A DNA stretch of 64,000 nucleotides from Phycisphaerae bacterium (lineage in GTDB: Bacteria > Planctomycetota > Phycisphaerae > UBA1845 > DATKUK01): positions 4,652 through 68,651 of the forward strand of contig DATKUK010000098.1 in NCBI GenBank assembly GCA_035530655.1, in the 5' to 3' direction. A program made the translations under genes and the position numbers. The notes under the pieces were generated by a model. The model ran no database searches, was not told the origin of the DNA, and saw only the letters and a program-made list of their open reading frames with translations. Shown piece after piece: positions 27,151 through 34,442 of this stretch. Each line of letters starts with the position of its first letter. The stretch's first letter is position 1.

Positions 27151-27825
27151 TCACTTCTTGTTCGACTCAGTCTCTTCGATACTCCACTCGCCGACGCAAT
27201 GACGGTCGTAGAAGACCTTCTGTCGGGGCATCGCCAGGATTTCATGCACGACAAAACGCTTTTGAGGATCTCTGCTGAACACGGTCGAAGAGAAAGTGGA
27301 GCGCCCAACGATGGCTGTATCAGCACCTCTGTCCGTGCCAGCGATCGAGATCACCTCGTGGAACGGCACCACATGCCCACCATCGGTCGCCATGAAGACA
27401 CACTCAACGGCTGTCTTCAGGCCGTAGCCGCCGATCGCCAACAAAGCCTCCACGAAAATCCACGTTGGAGACCGGTAGCCGTAGCGCGCATAGCTGAACT
27501 CGATGGTGTCACTTAGGCTAGACGGAACCGAATCCACAATGGAAACCTTGGCATCCTGCAGCTCCCGTCGGGTCTGGTCCGACATCAGTGGGTATGGAGA
27601 GTCAGGCAAGTTCCTCCAACAGGGCGGAGAGGTGACACAGAAGACAGGGATCGCAACGTCCGCAACGACGTTACGGGCCTTCAGCGCAGTCTGTCCCGAA
27701 AGGGAAGCCACGATTACAGGAGCAGCTTCTCTCTGTTCCGCCAGATACGCGATGACCGTCTCAAGAGTCGCGTCGGTATTGCTGCAGCCCGGCTTGTCGA
27801 AGAACTTGACCCTTCGTTCAGTCAT
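27151..27825 (-). CDS. Pyruvate kinase alpha/beta (C-terminal) domain-like protein
   Basis: 224 aa. VKFFDKPGCSNTDATLETVIAYLAE...VIVASLSGQTALKA...GLKTAVECVFMATDGGHV...ISIAGTDRGADTAIV matches the stand-alone PK_C-like family pattern as I recall it. Lower G+C. Confidence 0.6.
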   Translation of the reverse strand: MTERRVKFFDKPGCSNTDATLETVIAYLAEQREAAPVIVASLSGQTALKARNVVADVAIPVFCVTSPPCWRNLPDSPYPLMSDQTRRELQDAKVSIVDSVPSSLSDTIEFSYARYGYRSPTWIFVEALLAIGGYGLKTAVECVFMATDGGHVVPFHEVISIAGTDRGADTAIVGRSTFSSTVFSRDPQKRFVVHEILAMPRQKVFYDRHCVGEWSIEETESNKK

Positions 27826-27924
27826 TCCATCATCTCCGCATGACGTCAGAGCTGAGCGGCGTCCGTTACGCCGTCCGCTCCATCGCTCTGTTCGGCAGTT
27901 TCCATGATTCTTGCCCCGTCTACT

Positions 27925-28416
27925 TCAAGAATCTTCGAGATCTGACAACGTATCCGGGAGATCATCAATGCCTGCAAATTCCTTAACCACAATCGATTTG
28001 ATTCGTGATTTTATTTCTTCCTTAATGCGCGGATACGTCATCTGAGACTCGCCGCCAATGCATTCGCAATTATCTTCAATCAGGATGTCCGGCAGCGCCC
28101 TCTTGGCAACATCTCCATATTCCTCGCACGACTCTCGAAACAACACTGGCCCCTTTGGAAAACCATGCTTACGCAGAACACTCTTGTCATGTTGCAGGCC
28201 CTCTGCATCCTTATGAAAAGTTAGATATAAGATCTCCGCACCCTGTTTCTCCCATGCTTTCAATTTGGCAACGGCATTGCCGATGGGCACATACGATGCG
28301 AAATCATGCACTGATGCTTCGCTGTCCCGCACTTGTTGGGATCGCTCCTCTGGCGTATGATTGACGCCATTCTTCTGCATTATTACTGTACCATGCAAGA
28401 AGACCATTATCCTCAT
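27925..28416 (-). CDS. Hypothetical protein (markedly low G+C)
   Basis: Start moved to ATG 28416 (MRIMVFLHGT; AGGAGAGG RBS). Protein-like composition. No family recognised. Confidence 0.55.
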   Translation of the reverse strand: MRIMVFLHGTVIMQKNGVNHTPEERSQQVRDSEASVHDFASYVPIGNAVAKLKAWEKQGAEILYLTFHKDAEGLQHDKSVLRKHGFPKGPVLFRESCEEYGDVAKRALPDILIEDNCECIGGESQMTYPRIKEEIKSRIKSIVVKEFAGIDDLPDTLSDLEDS

Positions 28417-28449
28417 CGATAGCCTCTCCTGCGTAATGCCGGATGAAGA

Positions 28450-28608
28450 AAAGATGTCAGGATGATTCGGTGGCACTCCTCACTTCCCCCACGTACCATC
28501 CGACCCTTTCACCAATATCAGTCTGCCGTCGCCGGGCCAGGGCCGCGTCAAGCCGGGCTGTCCGTCGACCGCCACCGTCAACGCTTCGCCCGGCCGGGCC
28601 AGCTCGTC
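28450..28608. repeat. ~159-bp direct repeat, copy A (flanks the aldolase gene)
   Basis: Aligns with 29732..29889 at an offset of 1281-1282 bp and about 80% identity by eye. On the minus strand it encodes ...DELARPGEALTVAVDGQPGLTRPWPGDGRLILVKGSDGTWGK*. This is a C-terminal fragment paralogous to ORF 29762..30022, plus the downstream intergenic sequence. Confidence 0.75.
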
Positions 28609-29677
28609 ACTCAACGCACCCGGCCCGCCGCGACTCCTTCAATGCCTCACCCAGAACGGCCCCGGCCTCTACAACATCACCGTCGTCAACCCCGTAATGC
28701 GTCATCAGACGAATCCACTCGCCCCACGGCGCGCGCCAAGGCCCCGCCACCCCAACACCATGCTCCGCCGCATATCCCACGAACTTCTGTCCGTCGACCA
28801 GCTCGCCATCGAACGCAATGTCGATAATATTCGTCTGTACGCGATGAGCAAGCCTCAGCGGCGGCATCTCAGCTACCAGCCCAGCCAGTTGTTTGGCACG
28901 TCGATGATCCTCGCTGAGTCGAGACGGCATCTCCCGCAGCGCCACGAGCCCCGCTGCCGCCATCGCACCCCCCTTATGTATCCCGCCGCCAAGCATCTGG
29001 CGGTACTCCCTCGCACGATCGATCACCTCTTGCGAACCGAGGACCAGCGAACCGAACGGCGCCCCCAGGCCCTTCGACAGACACACCTGTACGGTGTCCG
29101 CGCCATCTGTGAGATCAGCAACGCTCGTGCCGCTGGCCACAGCGGCGTTGAAGATCCTGGCTCCGTCAATGTGCAGTCTGAGCTCATATTCCCTCGCCAC
29201 CGTGACCAGATCAGCAAGGACATCCTCCCCCCAGGCCACGCCTCCGCGGAAACTGTGGGTGTTCTCCACGCAGATCACCCCCGCGCGATGGCCGATGTCG
29301 CAATTCCGCAGGCGCTCGCGGACCATCCCCCCAGCCAGCACGCCGTTCGTCTCGATCGGAATCAGTCGGCACCCGGCCAAACGCTCGAAGCCGCCTCCCT
29401 CCGACGACACAATGTGCGTCCACGGGTCAGCGATGATCGCACCGCCCGGCTGCGAGATCGCCAGTAGACTGACGAGGTTGCCCATCGTCCCGCTGGCGAC
29501 AAACAGCGCCGTCTCCTTCCCGAACATCGCAGCGCACGCCTCTTCGAGCGCCGCAACGTTGGTGTCTTCGCCCCGCAGCGCATCTCCCCCAACCTCGGCC
29601 TCCGCCATGGCACGCCGCATGGCGGGCGTCGGCTCGGTATGGATATCACTGCGCAGGTCGATTCTGTACTTGCCCAA
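28607..29677 (-). CDS. ltaE: Low-specificity L-threonine aldolase (beta-eliminating lyase family)
   Basis: 356 aa, TTG start. DLRSDIHTEPTPAMRRAMAEAEVGGDALRGEDTNVAALEE...LFVASGTMGNL... is typical of LtaE-type PLP aldolases. Confidence 0.8.
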   Translation of the reverse strand: MGKYRIDLRSDIHTEPTPAMRRAMAEAEVGGDALRGEDTNVAALEEACAAMFGKETALFVASGTMGNLVSLLAISQPGGAIIADPWTHIVSSEGGGFERLAGCRLIPIETNGVLAGGMVRERLRNCDIGHRAGVICVENTHSFRGGVAWGEDVLADLVTVAREYELRLHIDGARIFNAAVASGTSVADLTDGADTVQVCLSKGLGAPFGSLVLGSQEVIDRAREYRQMLGGGIHKGGAMAAAGLVALREMPSRLSEDHRRAKQLAGLVAEMPPLRLAHRVQTNIIDIAFDGELVDGQKFVGYAAEHGVGVAGPWRAPWGEWIRLMTHYGVDDGDVVEAGAVLGEALKESRRAGCVE

Positions 29678-29731
29678 TGGCGAACCTCATCTTTCCGGAT
29701 AACGACTTACCGACAATCCCTTCAGGAGGCA

Positions 29732-29889
29732 AAGGGTGTCAGGATGCTCTACTGGCACTTCTTACTTCCCCCACGTGCCATCAGACCCTTTCACCAATAT
29801 CAGCCTGTCGTCGCCCGGCCGGGGCAGCGTCAGGGCAGGCTGTGCGTCAACCGACACGGTCAACGCTTCGCCCGGCCGGGCCAGCTCGG
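29732..29889. repeat. ~159-bp direct repeat, copy B
   Basis: See 28450..28608. This copy covers the 3' half of the intact small ORF 29762..30022 and its downstream intergenic sequence. Confidence 0.75.
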
Positions 29890-30022
29890 TATTCAGCAGA
29901 ATCGCGAACGACTCGATGTGCACGGTCGTCACAGCAAACTCGCCCGGCCTGCTGCAAACCGCCTCGATCCGCGCGATCTCCGCCGCCTTGCCGGGTTCGT
30001 GCTGCTGCGACGAAGTACTCAT
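29762..30022 (-). CDS. Small hypothetical protein (86 aa)
   Basis: Strong third-position G/C bias in frame. Its C-terminal half is conserved in the truncated copy at 28478..28610. It lies 44 nt downstream of lpxB. No family recognised. Confidence 0.55.
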   Translation of the reverse strand: MSTSSQQHEPGKAAEIARIEAVCSRPGEFAVTTVHIESFAILLNTELARPGEALTVSVDAQPALTLPRPGDDRLILVKGSDGTWGK

Positions 30023-30065
30023 GCTGGCCAGCCGTCCCGATTACAGAGCCCCTCGCACGTGCCGC

Positions 30066-31220
30066 CTAACGCGGCAGCATATCCAGCAGGATCTCCGCCG
30101 CCCCCTCCGACGCACCGGGACTCGCCAACGGCGCGATCACCTGCCGCAACTCATCCCGCATTCGCCTCAGCCGGTCCGGGTGCAGCAGCATCTCGACAGC
30201 CGCCTGCCCGATGGGCTCGGCCGATCGGTAGTACGGCATGAACTCCGGCACCACCTCGCGCCCCGCCAGCACGTTAATTAGCGCCAGGTGCCGCGTATGG
30301 ATCAGCCACCGCCCGATGAGCTGGTACCCCCAGCGCGATGCGTTATACATCACGATCATCGGCGTGCCGCGATACGCCACCTCCAGCGTCGCGGTGCCCG
30401 ACGCCACCAGCGCCAGGTCGGCCGCCCGAATCATCTCAGCTCGATGGTCGTAGCAGAGCGTGGCTGCAAGACCACTGGCAGCCAAAGCCGGCTCGATCAC
30501 CTCACCAGCCGCCTTGCTGGCTACCGAGATGAGGAATCGCGCCGACGGGAACCGCCGGGCTACAATCCTCGCCGCATCGAGCTGACCCGGCAGCACCTCT
30601 CCAACTATGTGCCGCCGCGACCCCGGCAGCAAAGCCACCACCGGCTGGCCGCTGCCACGAAGACCCGCAACCTGCTGGTCGTCCACCGTCTGGCTGGCCA
30701 ACTGATCGAACAGCGGATGCCCAACGTAGGTCGCCTCGATCCCGTGCCCCGCGAAGTACGCCGGCTCGAAGGGCAGGATGCACGCCAGCCGATCCACACG
30801 CCGGCGGATCTTGCCCACCCGGAACTGCCCCCACGCCCACGTCTGCGGCGCCACGTAGTACATCACCGGCACGCCACGCCGCCGGCATCGCCTCGCCAGC
30901 GGCAGATTCAGCGTCGGCGAGTCGATCAGCACCGCCGCGGCAAACCTCCCCGCCGCAAGCAGCCGGTCCAACCGCCAGAGCACCCGAACCGCCACACCCA
31001 CGTTGGCCACCGCCCCCAGCAGCATCGCCGACCGTCCCGCCAAGTCGGCAATCGGCTCACAGCCGGCTTCACGCATCATCGGGCCCGCCAGACCGGCGAA
31101 TCGCACCTTGGGCGCCCGGCGAGCCATCGCCTGGATCAGCTCGGCCCCATACGTGTCGGCACTGGCCTCACACGCGCTGATCAGCACCGTTGGCTCGTCC
31201 GAACCGTCTAAATTGGCCAT
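30066..31220 (-). CDS. lpxB: Lipid-A-disaccharide synthase
   Basis: 384 aa. N-terminal ISACEASADTYGAELIQAM, and ...YYVAPQTWAWGQFRVGKI..., ALVASGTATLE are characteristic of LpxB. Confidence 0.85.
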   Translation of the reverse strand: MANLDGSDEPTVLISACEASADTYGAELIQAMARRAPKVRFAGLAGPMMREAGCEPIADLAGRSAMLLGAVANVGVAVRVLWRLDRLLAAGRFAAAVLIDSPTLNLPLARRCRRRGVPVMYYVAPQTWAWGQFRVGKIRRRVDRLACILPFEPAYFAGHGIEATYVGHPLFDQLASQTVDDQQVAGLRGSGQPVVALLPGSRRHIVGEVLPGQLDAARIVARRFPSARFLISVASKAAGEVIEPALAASGLAATLCYDHRAEMIRAADLALVASGTATLEVAYRGTPMIVMYNASRWGYQLIGRWLIHTRHLALINVLAGREVVPEFMPYYRSAEPIGQAAVEMLLHPDRLRRMRDELRQVIAPLASPGASEGAAEILLDMLPR

Positions 31221-31381
31221 ATCGCGGCTGATCCCTTCGAAAGCCTCCAGAAGATCGCGACTCTACTGACCCACCCGTCGGCCTGCAACGATCGCCGACC
31301 GGCAAGCTCAACCCCCGGCTGAGGCGACCCGAGGCCCACCCCGGGCACCAGCCGCCCTGCCAAGTGCCCAAACAAATGCCC

Positions 31382-31410
31382 TTGACCCGATCGGCGGGCG
31401 GCCCTAAGCT
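31382..31410 (+). promoter_or_regulatory. Putative sigma70-type promoter of rpsB-tsf
   Basis: TTGACC (31382-31387), a 17-nt spacer, TAAGCT (31405-31410). This gives a leader of about 90 nt before the GGTGGAGG RBS and TTG 31508. Confidence 0.4.
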
Positions 31411-31507
31411 TGGTGGCTCTTGTGCTCGCGGTCTTCAGTCGTAACCGCCTGCAAACAGGAAACCTAGGGTTAAGGAAAGCCCAAAATTCACACGGTGGAG
31501 GTGTAGC

Positions 31508-32476
31508 TTGGCGTCATCGTTGGTCCGCGAGTTGATCGATGCCGGGGTCCATTTCGGCCACCGCGTCAGTCGGTGGAACCCCAAGATGGAGCCCTACATC
31601 TTCGGCAAGCGGAATTCGATCCACATCATCGACATCAAAGAAACAGTCAAGGGCCTGCTGCGAGCCAAGAAGTTTATCGCGCAGATGGTCGCCGACGGCG
31701 ATGACGTGCTGTTCGTCGGCACCAAACGCCAGGCGCGACAGGCCGTCCGAACCCAGGCCGATCGATGCGGCATGCACTATGTCACCGAACGCTGGCTGGG
31801 CGGCACCTTGACCAACTTCCGTACCGTCCGCTCCCGCCTCCAACGCCTGGAAGAACTGGAAGGCTACGAGGCCAGCGGAGAACTGGACACCTTCTCCAAG
31901 AAGATGAAAGCCACCCTCCAGCGCGAGAAACGCAAGATCGCCCGCAACCTCGGCGGCGTCAGACGGATGGAGCGGCTGCCCGGCACCTTGGTTATCGTTG
32001 ACGTCCGGCGAGAACACCTCGCCGTCAAGGAGGCCAGGAAGCTTGAGATCCCCACCGTCTGCCTGATCGACACCGACAGCGATCCGGACTTCGCCGACAT
32101 CCCCATCCCCGGTAACGACGATGCCATGCGCGCCGTCGAGCTGATGCTGACGCAACTGGCCGACGCGGTCGAGGAAGGCAAGAAGGGGCGGCTCGCTCCC
32201 TCCGAGGAGGCCGGCCCCCGCCGGCGTTCCCGTCGTCCTACCACGGCACGGGCCGATCGGCAGACGCCTGCCCAAGCCCCCGCCGAGGTACCAGAGCAGG
32301 CCCCAAGCGCCCAGCCGGGCACCGCCCCGCAGCCGCAGGCGGCGCAGGCAGACGCCGACCAGCCGGCGACTGAACCCCAGCCAACTCAGCCGGTTGCCAC
32401 ACCGTCCGAGCCCGATACAACAGGACCCGTCGAGGACCAGAGTCAGGACGACAAGACACCGGACAGCGCCGGCTAG
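31508..32476 (+). CDS. rpsB: 30S ribosomal protein S2 with a ~90-aa low-complexity C-terminal extension
   Basis: LIDAGVHFGHRVSRWNPKMEPYIFGKRN..IHIIDI is canonical S2. The tail from about nt 32204 is P/Q/A/E-rich. Confidence 0.9.
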   Translation: MASSLVRELIDAGVHFGHRVSRWNPKMEPYIFGKRNSIHIIDIKETVKGLLRAKKFIAQMVADGDDVLFVGTKRQARQAVRTQADRCGMHYVTERWLGGTLTNFRTVRSRLQRLEELEGYEASGELDTFSKKMKATLQREKRKIARNLGGVRRMERLPGTLVIVDVRREHLAVKEARKLEIPTVCLIDTDSDPDFADIPIPGNDDAMRAVELMLTQLADAVEEGKKGRLAPSEEAGPRRRSRRPTTARADRQTPAQAPAEVPEQAPSAQPGTAPQPQAAQADADQPATEPQPTQPVATPSEPDTTGPVEDQSQDDKTPDSAG

Positions 32477-32557
32477 ACAACGCCGTATGCGCCAATAACC
32501 GGCCGCGATCGACGCGTGCCAACCGTCCTCTATAGACTTGGAAGGAGCGAGATCTCA

Positions 32558-33400
32558 ATGGCGACGATCAGTGCAGCCGACGTCAAGGCGCTGCGTGACA
32601 AGACCGGGCTGCCCATGATGGACTGCAAAGCCGCCCTCGTCGAAGCCGGCGGCGATCACGAGAAGGCCACCGAAATCCTCCGCAAGAAGGGCGCTGCCGC
32701 GGCCGAGCGCAAGGCCGATCGCGAAACGGCCGAAGGCCGTATCGGCTGCTACCTCGATCAGCAGCAAGGTGTCGGAGCCCTGGTCGAGCTTCGTTGCGAG
32801 ACCGCTCCGGTGGCCAAGAACGAAGGCTTCATCGCCCTGGCCAACGAACTGGCCAAAAGCGTCGCCCTCGCCGATACCCCCCCTGACGTGGAAACACTGC
32901 TTTCTCAGCCTCTGGCCGACGAGCCTGCAAAGACCATTCGCGATCGGATCAACGACACCGTCAACATCCTTCGCGAGAACATGGCCCTGGCCCGCGCCGC
33001 ACGGCTCGAGGGCACATTGGCCAGCTACGTGCACCACAACGGGCAGGTCGGCGTGCTGACGCAGTTCCAGGCCGACCAGCTCGACCCCCAGTTGGCCGCC
33101 GATATCTGCATGCAGATCGCCGCCATGAGTCCTCTGGCCGTCTCACGCGACCGCATCGACCCCGAGTTGGTCAAGAAAGAGCTGGAAATCGCCCGCGACC
33201 AGGCAGCCCAGACCGGAAAGCCCGAGCAGATCCTCGATAAGATCGCCCAAGGCAAGCTCAACAAGTGGTACGCCACCTGTGTCCTGTTGGAGCAGCCGTT
33301 CGTGCGCGAAGACAAGAAGACCGTCGAACAGGTGCTCAAGGCTGCCGGGGGCGTGGTCGTCAAGGATTTCGCGCGGCTACAGGTCGGTCTGGTCGCCTGA
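32558..33400 (+). CDS. tsf: Elongation factor Ts
   Basis: ATG 32558 with GGAAGGAG RBS. MATISAADVKALRDKTGLPMMDCKAALVEAGGDHEKATEILRKKG is canonical EF-Ts. Confidence 0.9.
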   Translation: MATISAADVKALRDKTGLPMMDCKAALVEAGGDHEKATEILRKKGAAAAERKADRETAEGRIGCYLDQQQGVGALVELRCETAPVAKNEGFIALANELAKSVALADTPPDVETLLSQPLADEPAKTIRDRINDTVNILRENMALARAARLEGTLASYVHHNGQVGVLTQFQADQLDPQLAADICMQIAAMSPLAVSRDRIDPELVKKELEIARDQAAQTGKPEQILDKIAQGKLNKWYATCVLLEQPFVREDKKTVEQVLKAAGGVVVKDFARLQVGLVA

Positions 33401-33444
33401 CGGCCGGTCGCACCACAACACAACCCAAGTCGGGGACAGCCGCC

Positions 33445-34170
33445 ATGCCGGCAGGAAAGCCCAAGTATCGACGCGTCATCCTGAAAATCAGTGGCGAGGG
33501 GTTCTGCCGGTCAGGTCAGAGCGGCATCGACCAGGAGCAGCTTCAGAGCATCGCCCGCCAAATCGCCGACGTCGTCAACCTGAACGTGCAGACGGCCGTC
33601 GTGGTCGGCGGCGGCAACTTCATCCGCGGAGCCACCATCGCCCAGCAGACCCAACTGCAACCCGCCACCGCCCACTACATGGGCATGCTGGCGACCGTGC
33701 TGAACGGGCTGGCCTTGCAGGACACCCTTGAGGCCTTGGACATCGCCACAAGGCTCCAATCCGCGATCAACATCTCCGCCGTGTGCGAACCGTTCATCCG
33801 CCGACGATGCATTCGCCATCTGGAGAAGGACCGAACCGTCATCCTGTCAGCCGGCACCGGCAATCCGTTCGTCACCACCGACACCTGTGCGGCCCTGCGA
33901 GCGACCGAAATCAGCGCCGACGTCCTGCTCAAAGCCACCAAGGTGGACGGCGTGTTCGACAAAGACCCGGTCATTCACCCCGACGCCAAACGCTTCGACC
34001 GGCTCACCTACGACGAGGTCATCGACCGGCGCCTCAAAGTCATGGACGTCAGTGCCATCGATCTCTGCCAGCAGCATCGCGTGCCGATCGTCGTGTTCAA
34101 TCTCACCGAACCGGGCAATATGAGACGCGTCGTCATGGGTGAGTCGGTCGGCACACTCGTAAGCGACTGA
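33445..34170 (+). CDS. pyrH: UMP kinase
   Basis: ATG 33445. YRRVILKISGE...VVVGGGNFIRG...GTGNPFVTTDTCAALRA...ATKVDGVFDKDP are canonical PyrH motifs. Confidence 0.9.
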   Translation: MPAGKPKYRRVILKISGEGFCRSGQSGIDQEQLQSIARQIADVVNLNVQTAVVVGGGNFIRGATIAQQTQLQPATAHYMGMLATVLNGLALQDTLEALDIATRLQSAINISAVCEPFIRRRCIRHLEKDRTVILSAGTGNPFVTTDTCAALRATEISADVLLKATKVDGVFDKDPVIHPDAKRFDRLTYDEVIDRRLKVMDVSAIDLCQQHRVPIVVFNLTEPGNMRRVVMGESVGTLVSD

Positions 34171-34199
34171 CCTGCTCCGGTCTTCCGCCCTCCCCGCGC

Positions 34200-34234
34200 A
34201 AAAAAGAAGGGCTGCCATACGAGCTTGCGGCCCC
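34200..34234 (-). terminator. Terminator-like hairpin between convergent pyrH and the ABC exporter operon
   Basis: Minus strand GGGCCGC...GCAGCCC (7 bp with one mismatch) followed by TTCTTTTTTGCG. On the plus strand the same stem has a G-U pair but no U tract. Confidence 0.4.
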
Positions 34235-34288
34235 GCCAAAAAGCCGTGCCCCACCGCGTATGGCCGGCAGCCGCCGGCGAACCAGGCG

Positions 34289-34432
34289 TCAGGCACCCAA
34301 CAAGGGCAGCAGCGCCGAAACCAACGTCAGATAGGCGCTGCTCAGCACGAATCCCGTGCACCCGCCGGCGATCAGCACCACACTGCCGCTGACACCGGCC
34401 AGTCCGATCCACTTCAGGCTCCGTCCGTCCAT
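34289..34432 (-). CDS. Possible 47-aa hydrophobic small protein
   Basis: Below the ORF-track size cut-off. ATG 34432 is preceded by GAGGAGAC and lies 8 nt after the exporter stop. Sequence: MDGRSLKWIGLAGVSGSVVLIAGGCTGFVLSSAYLTLVSALLPLLGA*. Confidence 0.35.
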   Translation of the reverse strand: MDGRSLKWIGLAGVSGSVVLIAGGCTGFVLSSAYLTLVSALLPLLGA

Positions 34433-34442
34433 CCTCGTCTCC

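Noticed and set aside
28470-28500. TGGCAC-N5-ACTTCC in both 159-bp repeat copies (also near 29753) as a sigma54 -24/-12 promoter
   Set aside because: The -12 element lacks the conserved GC of TTGC. No plus-strand gene lies downstream. The conservation is explained by the coding sequence of the small ORF on the opposite strand.
26091-29900. Idea that the repeat-flanked genes are integron cassettes with attC sites
   Set aside because: Gene orientations are mixed. No intI integrase or attI is present. The repeats lack recognisable R''/R' (RYYYAAC / GTTRRRY) core sites. The larger repeat is partly coding sequence of a paralogous ORF.
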